Assembly (NCBI GenBank): GCA_020050435.1
Contig: JAGVKQ010000022.1
Span: 17,305-81,304 of the forward strand
Direction: 5' to 3'
DNA length: 64,000 nt
Source: Candidatus Caenarcanales bacterium
GTDB lineage: Bacteria > Cyanobacteriota > Vampirovibrionia > 2-02-FULL-35-15
Part shown: positions 27,919-37,071 of the stretch, one piece after another
Layout of the letters: each line of letters begins with the position of its first letter
Numbering within the stretch: position 1 is the first letter of the stretch
Notes under the pieces: generated by a model
Database searches by the model: none
What the model saw: the letters and a program-made list of their open reading frames with translations, nothing else
What the model was told of the DNA's origin: nothing
Program-made: the position numbers and the translations under genes

Positions 27919-29010
27919 TTAATAGTTTCGTTTTATAGTTTTATCTTTCCAGGTAAAAAGCTCTTGGACAATATTTGAGTTTTCTTTTACCCTGTTGTTA
28001 ATTGCCAAGTAAGTGTCATATACAGATCTTTCATTGGTCTTTACATTGTCTGTAGCAAAGTCTTTTCCTGTCATTTCTTCAAACACCTCTGACCAATCTA
28101 CTGGTACTTGAACTTTACTATTAAACATTACCCTACAAAAACAATGTTCATTTTTGCCATAAGGCAATGTAATTTTATTATCATTTATAGTGATTGTTCC
28201 TTTTTCATTCTCAAAGTTGCTAATTAATTTTTTATCATTTACCCTCATAGCATTTAATCCTTCATTTACAATTGAGGTTTTTAGAAATATATTTTCTAGC
28301 AATTCTAATTCTACATAAATCTCATCTTTATCTTGAAGTTTGTTTCCTTCATTTTTGTAAGAATTAATAAGCCATGATTTTCTTTTATTCCAAATTTTGT
28401 GTAATTTTATTTTTTCATTGGAATCCATTGTAAGTAAAGTTCTTAAAACATCAATTTTTTTATCTTCAACCTCACTTAATGAAATAGGAAATTTTGAAAC
28501 CTTGAGATTTTCATATTCTTTTAAGAGTATTTCTGAAAGAGCTTTTTCTTGTAGCTGAAGGCTATAGTATTTTTTATCAGATTCTCCTCTATCTAGTAAA
28601 TCCATTTTGAAATTGCTTATTTCATTATTAATATCTTCTTCAAGTCTGCTTCTATCTTTAACACTAATACTTACCTGAAGTTCATCTTTATCTATAAGTT
28701 CTTCATTATTGCTAAGGAAATCAGCTTTATTTTTGATGTCTTCTAAATATTTATTTGAATTAGCAACAAAATACTCAATTGTATGTTCTATAAGCTCTCT
28801 GTTTAGATCAAGACCCATCAAATCAAAACTTATTGTTTTATTAATGCTGGACAGTTCACTTAAACAAAATAGAATATCTCCTACAGAATTATTTGAAAAG
28901 GATAGTTTATGTAGAGGAATTAATTCTGATTCATTGAGCCTTAAAAGTATTAATTTAATATATAAGAGGTGATCTAAGAGTCCTAAGTCATATTTATATC
29001 TTGTTTCCAT
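27919..29010 (-). CDS. Hypothetical protein with a C-terminal winged-HTH-like domain
   Basis: 363-aa ORF; C-terminal V.W.EV.E.......SVYD....IN.R pattern. Confidence 0.65.
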   Translation of the reverse strand: METRYKYDLGLLDHLLYIKLILLRLNESELIPLHKLSFSNNSVGDILFCLSELSSINKTISFDLMGLDLNRELIEHTIEYFVANSNKYLEDIKNKADFLSNNEELIDKDELQVSISVKDRSRLEEDINNEISNFKMDLLDRGESDKKYYSLQLQEKALSEILLKEYENLKVSKFPISLSEVEDKKIDVLRTLLTMDSNEKIKLHKIWNKRKSWLINSYKNEGNKLQDKDEIYVELELLENIFLKTSIVNEGLNAMRVNDKKLISNFENEKGTITINDNKITLPYGKNEHCFCRVMFNSKVQVPVDWSEVFEEMTGKDFATDNVKTNERSVYDTYLAINNRVKENSNIVQELFTWKDKTIKRNY

Positions 29011-29072
29011 CGTAATTTTAATTTATTTTAAAGTACTTTACTTAATAATTTTACTTCAATTAAGGTAAAAAA

Positions 29073-29318
29073 CTATTCTTCCCAGTCTAAAATCCAATTA
29101 GGTTCAATGCAGTAAATATCACATAAAGCCTTAAACTTATCTACATCACAGTTGGACTTCCCCATTTCAACTTTTGATAACTGGGATTTACTCCAGCGTA
29201 TCTTATGAGTTTCATATAAAAGCTTTAACGCTTGGCTAAGAGATAAATCCATTTCTTCCCTAGCCTGTTTAAGCCTTTTATTCCAAGTGTCAGTACTTTT
29301 CTTAGGTTTGGAAGCCAT
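29073..29318 (-). CDS. XRE-family HTH repressor
   Basis: RLKQAREE..LS..Q, SQLSKVE.G and LCDIY.I...WIL motifs. Confidence 0.88.
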   Translation of the reverse strand: MASKPKKSTDTWNKRLKQAREEMDLSLSQALKLLYETHKIRWSKSQLSKVEMGKSNCDVDKFKALCDIYCIEPNWILDWEE

Positions 29319-29353
29319 CGTACTTGTAAAGATAAATGGCTCAAGTTATAATC

Positions 29354-29387
29354 GTTTCGATAAACGAAACGTTTCATTAAAAGAAAC
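29354..29387. promoter_or_regulatory. Two abutting 17-bp operators GTTTC-N7-GAAAC
   Basis: GTTTCGATAAACGAAAC and GTTTCATTAAAAGAAAC in the divergent gap next to the repressor, just after TATAAT. Confidence 0.7.
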
Positions 29388-29404
29388 AGGATTTTGAAAC
29401 AAAA

Positions 29405-29779
29405 ATGTATAAAACAATCTTTATTTCTATATACTTTTCCTTTATAGCTATTTTTTGCTTACCTATACAGGCAAAAGAAAAACATATATATGAAAATGGT
29501 TATCTGGCAGATATTCAAATCCAACAGAGTTACAGTAGCTCATATGTAGCTGGTATAGGTAGTGGTAGCTCACAAAATATTTTTTATCCCTTAGTGAAAG
29601 TAAATGGGATTACTTATGTTGGTCAGACATCAAGCAAATTAAAAGACTGGATAGTCGGTCAACAAATTAAAGTTAGATTTAATAAAGAGCAAACTACAAT
29701 GTACCTTAAAAGAGATAAGGGTGGAGATTTCGGTATTGAAGTTGTAAAAAGAGTAATGGGAAATGAAATTCACAAATAA
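29405..29779 (+). CDS. Exported hypothetical protein
   Basis: Signal peptide; 124 aa. Confidence 0.7.
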   Translation: MYKTIFISIYFSFIAIFCLPIQAKEKHIYENGYLADIQIQQSYSSSYVAGIGSGSSQNIFYPLVKVNGITYVGQTSSKLKDWIVGQQIKVRFNKEQTTMYLKRDKGGDFGIEVVKRVMGNEIHK

Positions 29780-30266
29780 ACAAAAAACAATCTTAAACTT
29801 GTATGCTCTTACAATTTTTATAGCCTGCTTTTTATATGTTCCAATTAATTATAAGTACCCTAATCCTGAGGTTGTAAAAAACCAACAAAAAACTATTTCT
29901 GAACTAGCCACTCTCTTAAAAAAGAACCCTAATTTAGCCCCAGAAATCATTTCTCTATATTCCAAATATATCACTCCAATTCTTAAAGAAGCAAATAAGA
30001 GTGTGGGAGATTTTAAAATTCACTTTGGTTATTATCCAATTTGGAGTAATGCCTCTGAGGTAATATTAAACAAAATTACAGAGGATTATAATCGACAATA
30101 TGGTGCAAATATACCAAGAGAGAACATTGAAATTATTAAAAAAATAACCTCATCGGCAAAAATAAATTCATCAATAGACTTCAACAAGATTCTCATTGAA
30201 TTGATAGGATTAACAATTATTGCTGGAATTTTATTTATTCAAGCTGGTGAAAAAGATGAGAAGTAA
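29763..30266 (+). CDS. Two-TM membrane protein
   Basis: N- and C-terminal hydrophobic helices; overlaps the previous gene. Confidence 0.7.
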   Translation: MKFTNKQKTILNLYALTIFIACFLYVPINYKYPNPEVVKNQQKTISELATLLKKNPNLAPEIISLYSKYITPILKEANKSVGDFKIHFGYYPIWSNASEVILNKITEDYNRQYGANIPRENIEIIKKITSSAKINSSIDFNKILIELIGLTIIAGILFIQAGEKDEK

Positions 30267-30311
30267 AAATATGGGATTGTGTAGTAATTGTATAGAGGAA
30301 GCGAGGAAATC

Positions 30312-30569
30312 ATGAACGACTTTTTATTTTACTTGCTTCTATTCCTTATTGTAGGATTCCCTGTTAATCTTTGGGTAGTGTTTTCGATATTTCGCATAGT
30401 GTTCCCTGAAAACAGAGTGATAAATAATCCTACATTTATATTAGCTGGTTTTGTAGTCAGCCTAGTTTTGATGTGCTTCCTGTTTAATGCACCATTAGGG
30501 CCAAGTGTCGAGACCATGAAAGAAACTTTAAAGGAATATGAAAGGGAAGAAGAGGCAAGGGAGTTATGA
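30312..30569 (+). CDS. Small two-TM membrane protein
   Basis: ATG (MNDFL) after GAGG; two hydrophobic helices. Confidence 0.65.
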   Translation: MNDFLFYLLLFLIVGFPVNLWVVFSIFRIVFPENRVINNPTFILAGFVVSLVLMCFLFNAPLGPSVETMKETLKEYEREEEAREL

Positions 30570-30610
30570 ATGATTTAGAAAAAGAAATAGTATATTTTTA
30601 ACTAGCAATT

Positions 30611-30630
30611 CCCCGCTGCTTGCGGCGGGG
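30611..30630. repeat. GC-rich REP/IS-end-like hairpin
   Basis: CCCCGCTGC-TT-GCGGCGGGG followed by ttcttcatt. Confidence 0.55.
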
Positions 30631-30657
30631 TTCTTCATTGGAGCATATAATAAAAGT

Positions 30658-31137
30658 ATGAAATTCATCGAAAGCGATTTTCTTAAATTTGTTGTAGTTA
30701 TTCTTTCAATATCTTTATGCATGGTTAGCAGTGCTAACGCTCAATTTATTGACACAAAGTGGACTGTTGTTAAATCTGTAGGTGAAGCATGGTTTGAAAA
30801 ACCTAAAAATGTTATTGGAAAAACACAAGAATTTTACAAAGGTTGGGCAGATGGTTACTTTTTTCAGTGTGATTATGAGGGACAATCTGCTACATATACA
30901 AAATATTCTCTAAATCAATTTTTCAATAATCCTGAGTTTGAAATCTTTAAAAAAGAAAAAAACAACTTGTCATTTTCTGGTAAAAATATATTTGTTCATA
31001 GAATATCTTGCAATGGTAACAAAAGAATACTTTATCCCTTTGTTACAGTAGAGCCAGGTAATAAGGCTTATTATTTATTTGAAGGTGCTATATACATTTT
31101 AGAGTACAAAAAAAATTATAAGCAGAGAAAATATTGA
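30658..31137 (+). CDS. Exported hypothetical protein
   Basis: Signal peptide (SSANA); 159 aa. Confidence 0.7.
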   Translation: MKFIESDFLKFVVVILSISLCMVSSANAQFIDTKWTVVKSVGEAWFEKPKNVIGKTQEFYKGWADGYFFQCDYEGQSATYTKYSLNQFFNNPEFEIFKKEKNNLSFSGKNIFVHRISCNGNKRILYPFVTVEPGNKAYYLFEGAIYILEYKKNYKQRKY

Positions 31138-31233
31138 TCATTTGCGGTTTCTATTTTTATTAACAACTAAAGCCATAATTAAAGCTATTTAAGGCTTATA
31201 ACTAATTAAACATAACCTGTTAAATTTAAACTA

Positions 31234-34113
31234 ATGCTGGAAAGGTTTACAACTGAAAATATAAATAAACTTGGTGATGAGAGTTTTGAGGAGTTATGCA
31301 AAGCTCTTTTATGCAAGGTAATAGGCCCAGGGATTAAGCCATTTGGTGCTGGTAAAGATGGGGCAAGAGAAGCTACATTTGAAGGTAAAGCTTCATACCC
31401 AAATGAACAATCTGCTTGGGGAGGCAAGTGGATATTTCAGGTTAAGTATGCTGACTATTCAGTTGATCCAAGTAAAGCAAGAACAAGAATTAAAGGATAC
31501 ATAGATTCTGAATTAGAAAAGATCAAAGACTATGGATATTTTAAAGATAATAAATGTGATAACTATATTCTTATTACTAATGTTCCCTTTACTGGTGAGA
31601 ATAAGGTGGGAATGCATGACAAAATATCAGAAAAGATACAAGAAATTGAAAATAACTTTCCTGGTAAAAAAATTGATTACTGGGATGGTGAACAAATAAG
31701 AAATTATTTAAGAGCATATCCTGACTTGAAGGAAGAATTTTTTCCATCCATTTCTCAAAAAATACTAGATGAAGTTATTAAGCAGAATCAAACTAGTATT
31801 AGGGTAGAACAAAAGTTAGATGCTACTGGTAACAACAAAGATAAACTTGAATTAATATCTTCACAAATAAGTGAATCAAAGTCATTAATTGATAATAACA
31901 AACCAGGTTCAGCATTGATAATTTTAGAAAAGGTACAAGAAAGGTTTTTAAATGTTTTAGATGATGAAAGTAAGTTTAAATTGTTTACCAATATAGGTGT
32001 AGCAAAATCTAAATTTATCAAAGATGGTTCTGAACTAACATTTAAGAGGCATATAGCACAATGCTTTGATGATGCATTAAAAATTAAACCAAATGATGAA
32101 AAAGCATTATGCAATGCAGCTATTGGAAATCAAATGATAGGAAATGATAAAAGAGCTAATGAGTTAGCTATGAAAGTCTTAGAAATAAACAACTCCTCAG
32201 ATAAGGCTTTTTCAATAATAGTTAATTCCTTAAGTAAGAGAGGAAAACTATTAGAAGATATCCTGAATGAAATTCCTGAAAAATATCATAGCCAACCAAG
32301 AACTGCATGTAGTATAGGTACTTCTCTGTTTATAAAAGATAAAGTAAAGGATGCTAGAGATTGGTATGAAAAATCTATCAATAGCAGAAATGAGTCAGAT
32401 GAAGACTTGGCAAAAAAACTATATTCTACAGCTACTGTTCAATTGGCAATCAATGAAAAGAAACATAAAGGATTTGTTTCTGAAGTTTTAAAAAAAGACT
32501 TAGAAAAGTCAATTAATTATTTAACAGAGATATGGAAAAAGTTTTATAAGACAGAACTAATGCATCTGTATATTGATGTTCTTGGTGAAAGAGCAAATGC
32601 TAAGCACTATTTAGGAGAAACAAAAGAAGCAATTAGAGATATGGATTTTGCATTAGAGCAGGAGCCAGATAATCTCTTAGTTTTAGTTAATAAAGCAAAT
32701 ATGGAGCTTTCAATAGGAGAAATTAGTAATAAGACTATAGAAAAAGTTGAAAAGGTTTACAAAGGTAGTGGGCATGATCAACTCCCACTGTTATTAATAG
32801 ATTTATTGGTTGTTGCAGGAAAAGAAAAAGATGCCATTCCTCTTACTGAACAATATATCTTAGATTACCCAAATAACTTATACATAGAAGACATTAAACA
32901 AAAACTAGTAGTTTTGTATTTAAGAAGGAGTACGAAAGAATCCTTGGAGAAGGCTAAGGCTCTCAACAAAGAATTGATAAAGCAAAATCCAAAGTCTATA
33001 TTACACTTTATTGATGAAGCAGAAATAAAAAGGGTTGAAGGAGCTGATGGTAAAAGCTCGCTGTTAGTAGCAATAAAAAGTGTTAGTGATGAAGCACTAT
33101 CTGGAGAACTGCTTTCACTGGCTGAAACGCTATTTAAGTTTGGCTTATTTAAAGAAGCTGCTGATATTTATAGCAGGATTACAGATTTGAACATTCCTAG
33201 CCCAAATTTGGAAAAATTGTTATCTGCCTTATCAAGATCTGATCAAGGAAATGAAGCTATGAACATATGTAGAAATTTGCGTTTAATTCATGGTCCGCTG
33301 ATTGGATATTCAGATGAAGAAGCAAGACGCTTAATAAATAAAGGTGTAAAAGAAAATAAAAAAGAATTGATTGAAACTGCAAGAGATATTTTTGAAAAAC
33401 TTATAGAGAAGCATGATAATGACATTTGGCTGAAAATTAACAAAGCAACTTGTGATTTTCACTTAGAAGATTTTAGTAAACTCAATACTTTCCTTGAGAG
33501 TGACATTAATATGGATTCATTCGATGAAGAAATGTTTGTTAATCTTTCAGTAATGCTTCTTCAGCGTAACTATTTTGAAAAAGCTGTTCATGTAATTTAT
33601 GAGGGATGGCGTAGATATCCAACTAGCTTAATAATTGGAGATAAATACAATGCAATATTTCTGTATTCATCTAGTCATTTAAATATTGAAGAATTTAGAA
33701 AAATCCAAAAAGCTAATTATGGTTGTGCCATATGTATAGAAGGGGAGAGGAATAAAGATCAATGGTTCTTAATTGAAAATAGGCAGGATATAAGACAAGA
33801 GATTAATGAAATAAATATGAGTAAAAGTAAAAGTTTAGTTGAGCAATTTTTAGGAAAGTCTATTGGCGATGAAGTTACTATAGGTGGAACTCTTGGATTA
33901 TCTAATAAAAGAAAAATTAAAGATATAATCCATAAATATGCTTATGCTTTTGACAAATGTGTGGAATATACAGATATTCATAATCCATCTGGCACTCAAA
34001 TGGTAAGAGCACATATAGATGAGAATATTACACCAGAGGACTTTATTTCACTATTAAATCAATCTGTGGAAGAAATGAAGAAAAGAACATCAAGCAACGA
34101 AGATATTGAATAA
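31234..34113 (+). CDS. Restriction-endonuclease-like N-domain, TPR array and GreA/B-C-like domain (defence candidate)
   Basis: FEELC, GKDGAREA and WIFQVKY PD-(D/E)xK-like motifs; many TPR-like helices; LGKSIGDEV near the C-terminus. Confidence 0.7.
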   Translation: MLERFTTENINKLGDESFEELCKALLCKVIGPGIKPFGAGKDGAREATFEGKASYPNEQSAWGGKWIFQVKYADYSVDPSKARTRIKGYIDSELEKIKDYGYFKDNKCDNYILITNVPFTGENKVGMHDKISEKIQEIENNFPGKKIDYWDGEQIRNYLRAYPDLKEEFFPSISQKILDEVIKQNQTSIRVEQKLDATGNNKDKLELISSQISESKSLIDNNKPGSALIILEKVQERFLNVLDDESKFKLFTNIGVAKSKFIKDGSELTFKRHIAQCFDDALKIKPNDEKALCNAAIGNQMIGNDKRANELAMKVLEINNSSDKAFSIIVNSLSKRGKLLEDILNEIPEKYHSQPRTACSIGTSLFIKDKVKDARDWYEKSINSRNESDEDLAKKLYSTATVQLAINEKKHKGFVSEVLKKDLEKSINYLTEIWKKFYKTELMHLYIDVLGERANAKHYLGETKEAIRDMDFALEQEPDNLLVLVNKANMELSIGEISNKTIEKVEKVYKGSGHDQLPLLLIDLLVVAGKEKDAIPLTEQYILDYPNNLYIEDIKQKLVVLYLRRSTKESLEKAKALNKELIKQNPKSILHFIDEAEIKRVEGADGKSSLLVAIKSVSDEALSGELLSLAETLFKFGLFKEAADIYSRITDLNIPSPNLEKLLSALSRSDQGNEAMNICRNLRLIHGPLIGYSDEEARRLINKGVKENKKELIETARDIFEKLIEKHDNDIWLKINKATCDFHLEDFSKLNTFLESDINMDSFDEEMFVNLSVMLLQRNYFEKAVHVIYEGWRRYPTSLIIGDKYNAIFLYSSSHLNIEEFRKIQKANYGCAICIEGERNKDQWFLIENRQDIRQEINEINMSKSKSLVEQFLGKSIGDEVTIGGTLGLSNKRKIKDIIHKYAYAFDKCVEYTDIHNPSGTQMVRAHIDENITPEDFISLLNQSVEEMKKRTSSNEDIE

Positions 34114-34131
34114 CTAATATAGGTATTAATT

Positions 34132-35484
34132 ATGGATGACAAAGAAAAATTTATAAATAGAATTATTAATAGCATTCTTAAGCCAATAGAAGAAAGACAT
34201 AAAGAAAATATATATAGTGAAATATTTGAAGTGGTTTGCTATGACTTAGGATTAAATGCTAATGATTTAATTGCAGAAGAAAATAAGTTCAATTTGGGAG
34301 GAGTTTTCACTCACATACCTTCTTTATCAGACATAGCAAATGGTGATTTTAATACTGTTCTAGAAATAATTGAATCAATTTATGCATATTTCAACTTTTC
34401 TCCTGAAATTCAATCGGAAATATCCTCCAAAGTATTTTCTGCACTAGAACTTGCTAAAGATGCTTTGGGTATTAAATGGAAAAATGGAAGCTTTATAAGA
34501 GAAAGTACAAGTAATGCAATTAAAGAAGAAATATCCTTTATTGTTAACAACGAAAGAAACAAGTTTATTGAAAGAGTAGCATCAAAGATATTTGAAGAAA
34601 TTCAAAGAAGACCAAACTACAAAGAATTGCTAAGTGAAGCTTGTTTCTATTTAGGGATAAATTTAAAAAGTAAGATAAAAAAAAGATTTACAGGGTTAGG
34701 GACTAATACTTATTACCCTCATTTAGTAGATTTAGTTAAAAGTAATTTTGTAGAGGCAGTAAAGTTAATTATTTTTTTGTTAGAATATTTTGAAGATGAC
34801 AAAACTACAAAAGATAAAATACTACAATATTTAGATCTATCTTTATCTCTTTCGCCAATTGATATAGGCATTAAACTAAAAGATTTTAAATTGCTTTTTT
34901 CAGGCTCAGATGAAGTTATAAATATTAAAAATATTAATAATTTAGATAGAATCCAAGATATAACAATAGACGAATTCAGTAGAAAGGCAAACGAAAAACC
35001 TTTAAGATTACATATAGATGACATCTTTTCATTTGCCCAAGTAAAAAATATTAAAGTAAGCGATATTAAGGATCTACTTCCTATATCTCTACTTGAAGAT
35101 GAAATTCAAAAGCATTTTGAAGATATTATTGCTGAGCCTGACCATAAAAAAGATTGGGGTGGTGAAATTAATGATTTATACACATCTCGTTTACAAATTA
35201 TAGAAGGGAAAAGAGTTACAGCTGCCTTTGCTTTGAAAGGACGTGGAACTCCTGGAAGATTACGAATAAAAAATTGTGGTAAAAATGGAGATCAGCTTTT
35301 AAGACTTTTTGAATCGCCAGCTATACTTTTTGTAATTCAACATATAGGTGTAATAACAGAAGAAGTTATAAAGGATGTAGAAGGCAAAACAGCACTTTTA
35401 AGATACAAAGGTATTGAGGCATATTATTGTATTATTGATGGACATGATACGGTAAGAATTTTGAAAGCCTACAATAAACTATAA
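34132..35484 (+). CDS. Duplicated N-terminal helical domain plus nuclease-like C-terminal domain (defence candidate)
   Basis: Two KFI.R...I....C..LG.N repeats; DWGGE.NDL, AAFALKG and GKNGDQ motifs. Confidence 0.6.
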   Translation: MDDKEKFINRIINSILKPIEERHKENIYSEIFEVVCYDLGLNANDLIAEENKFNLGGVFTHIPSLSDIANGDFNTVLEIIESIYAYFNFSPEIQSEISSKVFSALELAKDALGIKWKNGSFIRESTSNAIKEEISFIVNNERNKFIERVASKIFEEIQRRPNYKELLSEACFYLGINLKSKIKKRFTGLGTNTYYPHLVDLVKSNFVEAVKLIIFLLEYFEDDKTTKDKILQYLDLSLSLSPIDIGIKLKDFKLLFSGSDEVINIKNINNLDRIQDITIDEFSRKANEKPLRLHIDDIFSFAQVKNIKVSDIKDLLPISLLEDEIQKHFEDIIAEPDHKKDWGGEINDLYTSRLQIIEGKRVTAAFALKGRGTPGRLRIKNCGKNGDQLLRLFESPAILFVIQHIGVITEEVIKDVEGKTALLRYKGIEAYYCIIDGHDTVRILKAYNKL

Positions 35485-35805
35485 ATATCCTCAGTCAAGG
35501 AAATACCCTATGCTACCAAGCCATCCAAATGACCCCTTGCACCCAAATACCCTGGGGTGATTTATGTTCATAAGGACTTTAAATAGTGTAAGCAGAAGTA
35601 GGGTAGAAAATTAAACAAATTACTATTTACCATCTCAAGTCTCAAGCGGGGACTCTATAACCGAAGCCCGCTATATCAAACCCAATACCCAAATACCTGG
35701 GGGGCTGTTATATCCATAGTGTTTGAAAAGTAACCTGTTTCAAAGCAATAGTAATGGACTGCTACTCCTAAAAACACTATGCTTTTTAGGAGTAAGGTAG
35801 GAGAC

Positions 35806-35892
35806 TTAAGCCACATCTCTATAATCAGGAATATACAAATGCCCCTTATGATTTATAATTGCAGTTCTAACACGTTCTAGGGTGTTGCCCAT
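35806..35892 (-). other. attR carrying the detached integrase C-terminal segment (GNTLERVRTAIINHKGHLYIPDYRDVA*)
   Basis: Open frame from the TGCCC core to TAA at 35806-35808, in frame with the integrase after recombination. Confidence 0.8.
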
Positions 35893-36018
35893 TTTTTATT
35901 CTTTATGATGTTTTACTGTTTCATTAAAAAATGTAATCTAAATATCTAAATTTCTTAATATTTATAGCTTGACTTTGTATTTTTTATTGTTTATTCTCAA
36001 ATTAAATGACCATATATT

Positions 36019-37041
36019 ATGAGTAAATTAACTATATTACCTTTGGATAGGTATCTTTCATTGGCATGGTTTCATCTGGTAAGGAGTTGTGAACCATCCA
36101 CTAATCGTGTAGCTGTTGATTTTGACCAGACTTTTCCATCTGAAAGATTGGAAGAATTGGTTAGTCATACGCAAAGTGGAGGTAATGATGGAATGTTACC
36201 TTTTCGAGCGGTGGGTTATACAAAAGCAGACTATGCAAACTTAGTAGGAGTGGAAAGCTTTAGACAATTAAGAGAAACTCTTGCTAAATTAGCAAATCCA
36301 AATGAAACAGAAGAAATACTATCTTTAATTTTAGAAACAAAAGCAGCAGCAAGAAACATTGAACCTAAAACATTTTTCTCAACTAATGGAACTCCTATTA
36401 ATACTTGGGAATTTGTTGAGATGTTTCCTCAATTTACAGATTTACGCTATATTGAATATCTTGACCCTAATACTATTTTGCGAATACAAGAGCATGCAAG
36501 AAGATATTTGTTTCGTGAATATAAAATAGATAAAACTGGAGAACCCTCTGGAGCTGAAAGATTACTTCTTGCAAATGAAGGTGATGAGGGTTTGTATAAA
36601 TCTGCTGCAGTTGGTTTTAAAAGAAGTGTGCCTCTAGATACGCAGCAATTTTTTTTAGACTTAAATTACAATTTAAAATATGCTCAAGATATTCTTACTA
36701 GCAGGATTCATAAGAGAAAAGATGGAGTCATGGTAGATTCAATAATGACAGGACCTCTTTTTGGTGATGATACGAATTCAGATATTAGGTGGATTAGTCT
36801 TTGGGTAAAGAATGATCTCCTGGCATTATTTAAGAACATTCAATTTAAAAGAAAAGAAGAATTAGCTGATGAAATCACTTCTACTATTTGGAGAATAACA
36901 GCAGAAGTAGATTTAGAACAAGCAACCCAACTCGCAGATAGAGAAATGAGGGGTCAAATTGAAAGATTCGATATAGATCAAGCCAGTATTTATATACTCA
37001 GGGAGTTATACAATATTGTTCTAAAAATGAAACAAGCATAA
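36019..37041 (+). CDS. Hypothetical orphan protein
   Basis: 340-aa ORF; no motif recognised. Confidence 0.7.
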   Translation: MSKLTILPLDRYLSLAWFHLVRSCEPSTNRVAVDFDQTFPSERLEELVSHTQSGGNDGMLPFRAVGYTKADYANLVGVESFRQLRETLAKLANPNETEEILSLILETKAAARNIEPKTFFSTNGTPINTWEFVEMFPQFTDLRYIEYLDPNTILRIQEHARRYLFREYKIDKTGEPSGAERLLLANEGDEGLYKSAAVGFKRSVPLDTQQFFLDLNYNLKYAQDILTSRIHKRKDGVMVDSIMTGPLFGDDTNSDIRWISLWVKNDLLALFKNIQFKRKEELADEITSTIWRITAEVDLEQATQLADREMRGQIERFDIDQASIYILRELYNIVLKMKQA

Positions 37042-37071
37042 TATAAGTAAAACTAGTTTTTAGCAATTAAT

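Larger units (their letters stand above)
22766..35890. mobile_element. Integrative element (satellite/IME-like) in tRNA-His
   Basis: Integrase abuts the tRNA; core TGCCC at 22761-22765 and 35886-35890; rejoining restores the integrase C-terminus; carries Prim-Pol, repressor and defence-like cargo. Confidence 0.85.

Noticed and set aside
22766..35890. Complete prophage or ICE
   Set aside because: No terminase, capsid, tail, lysis, relaxase or T4SS genes recognised.
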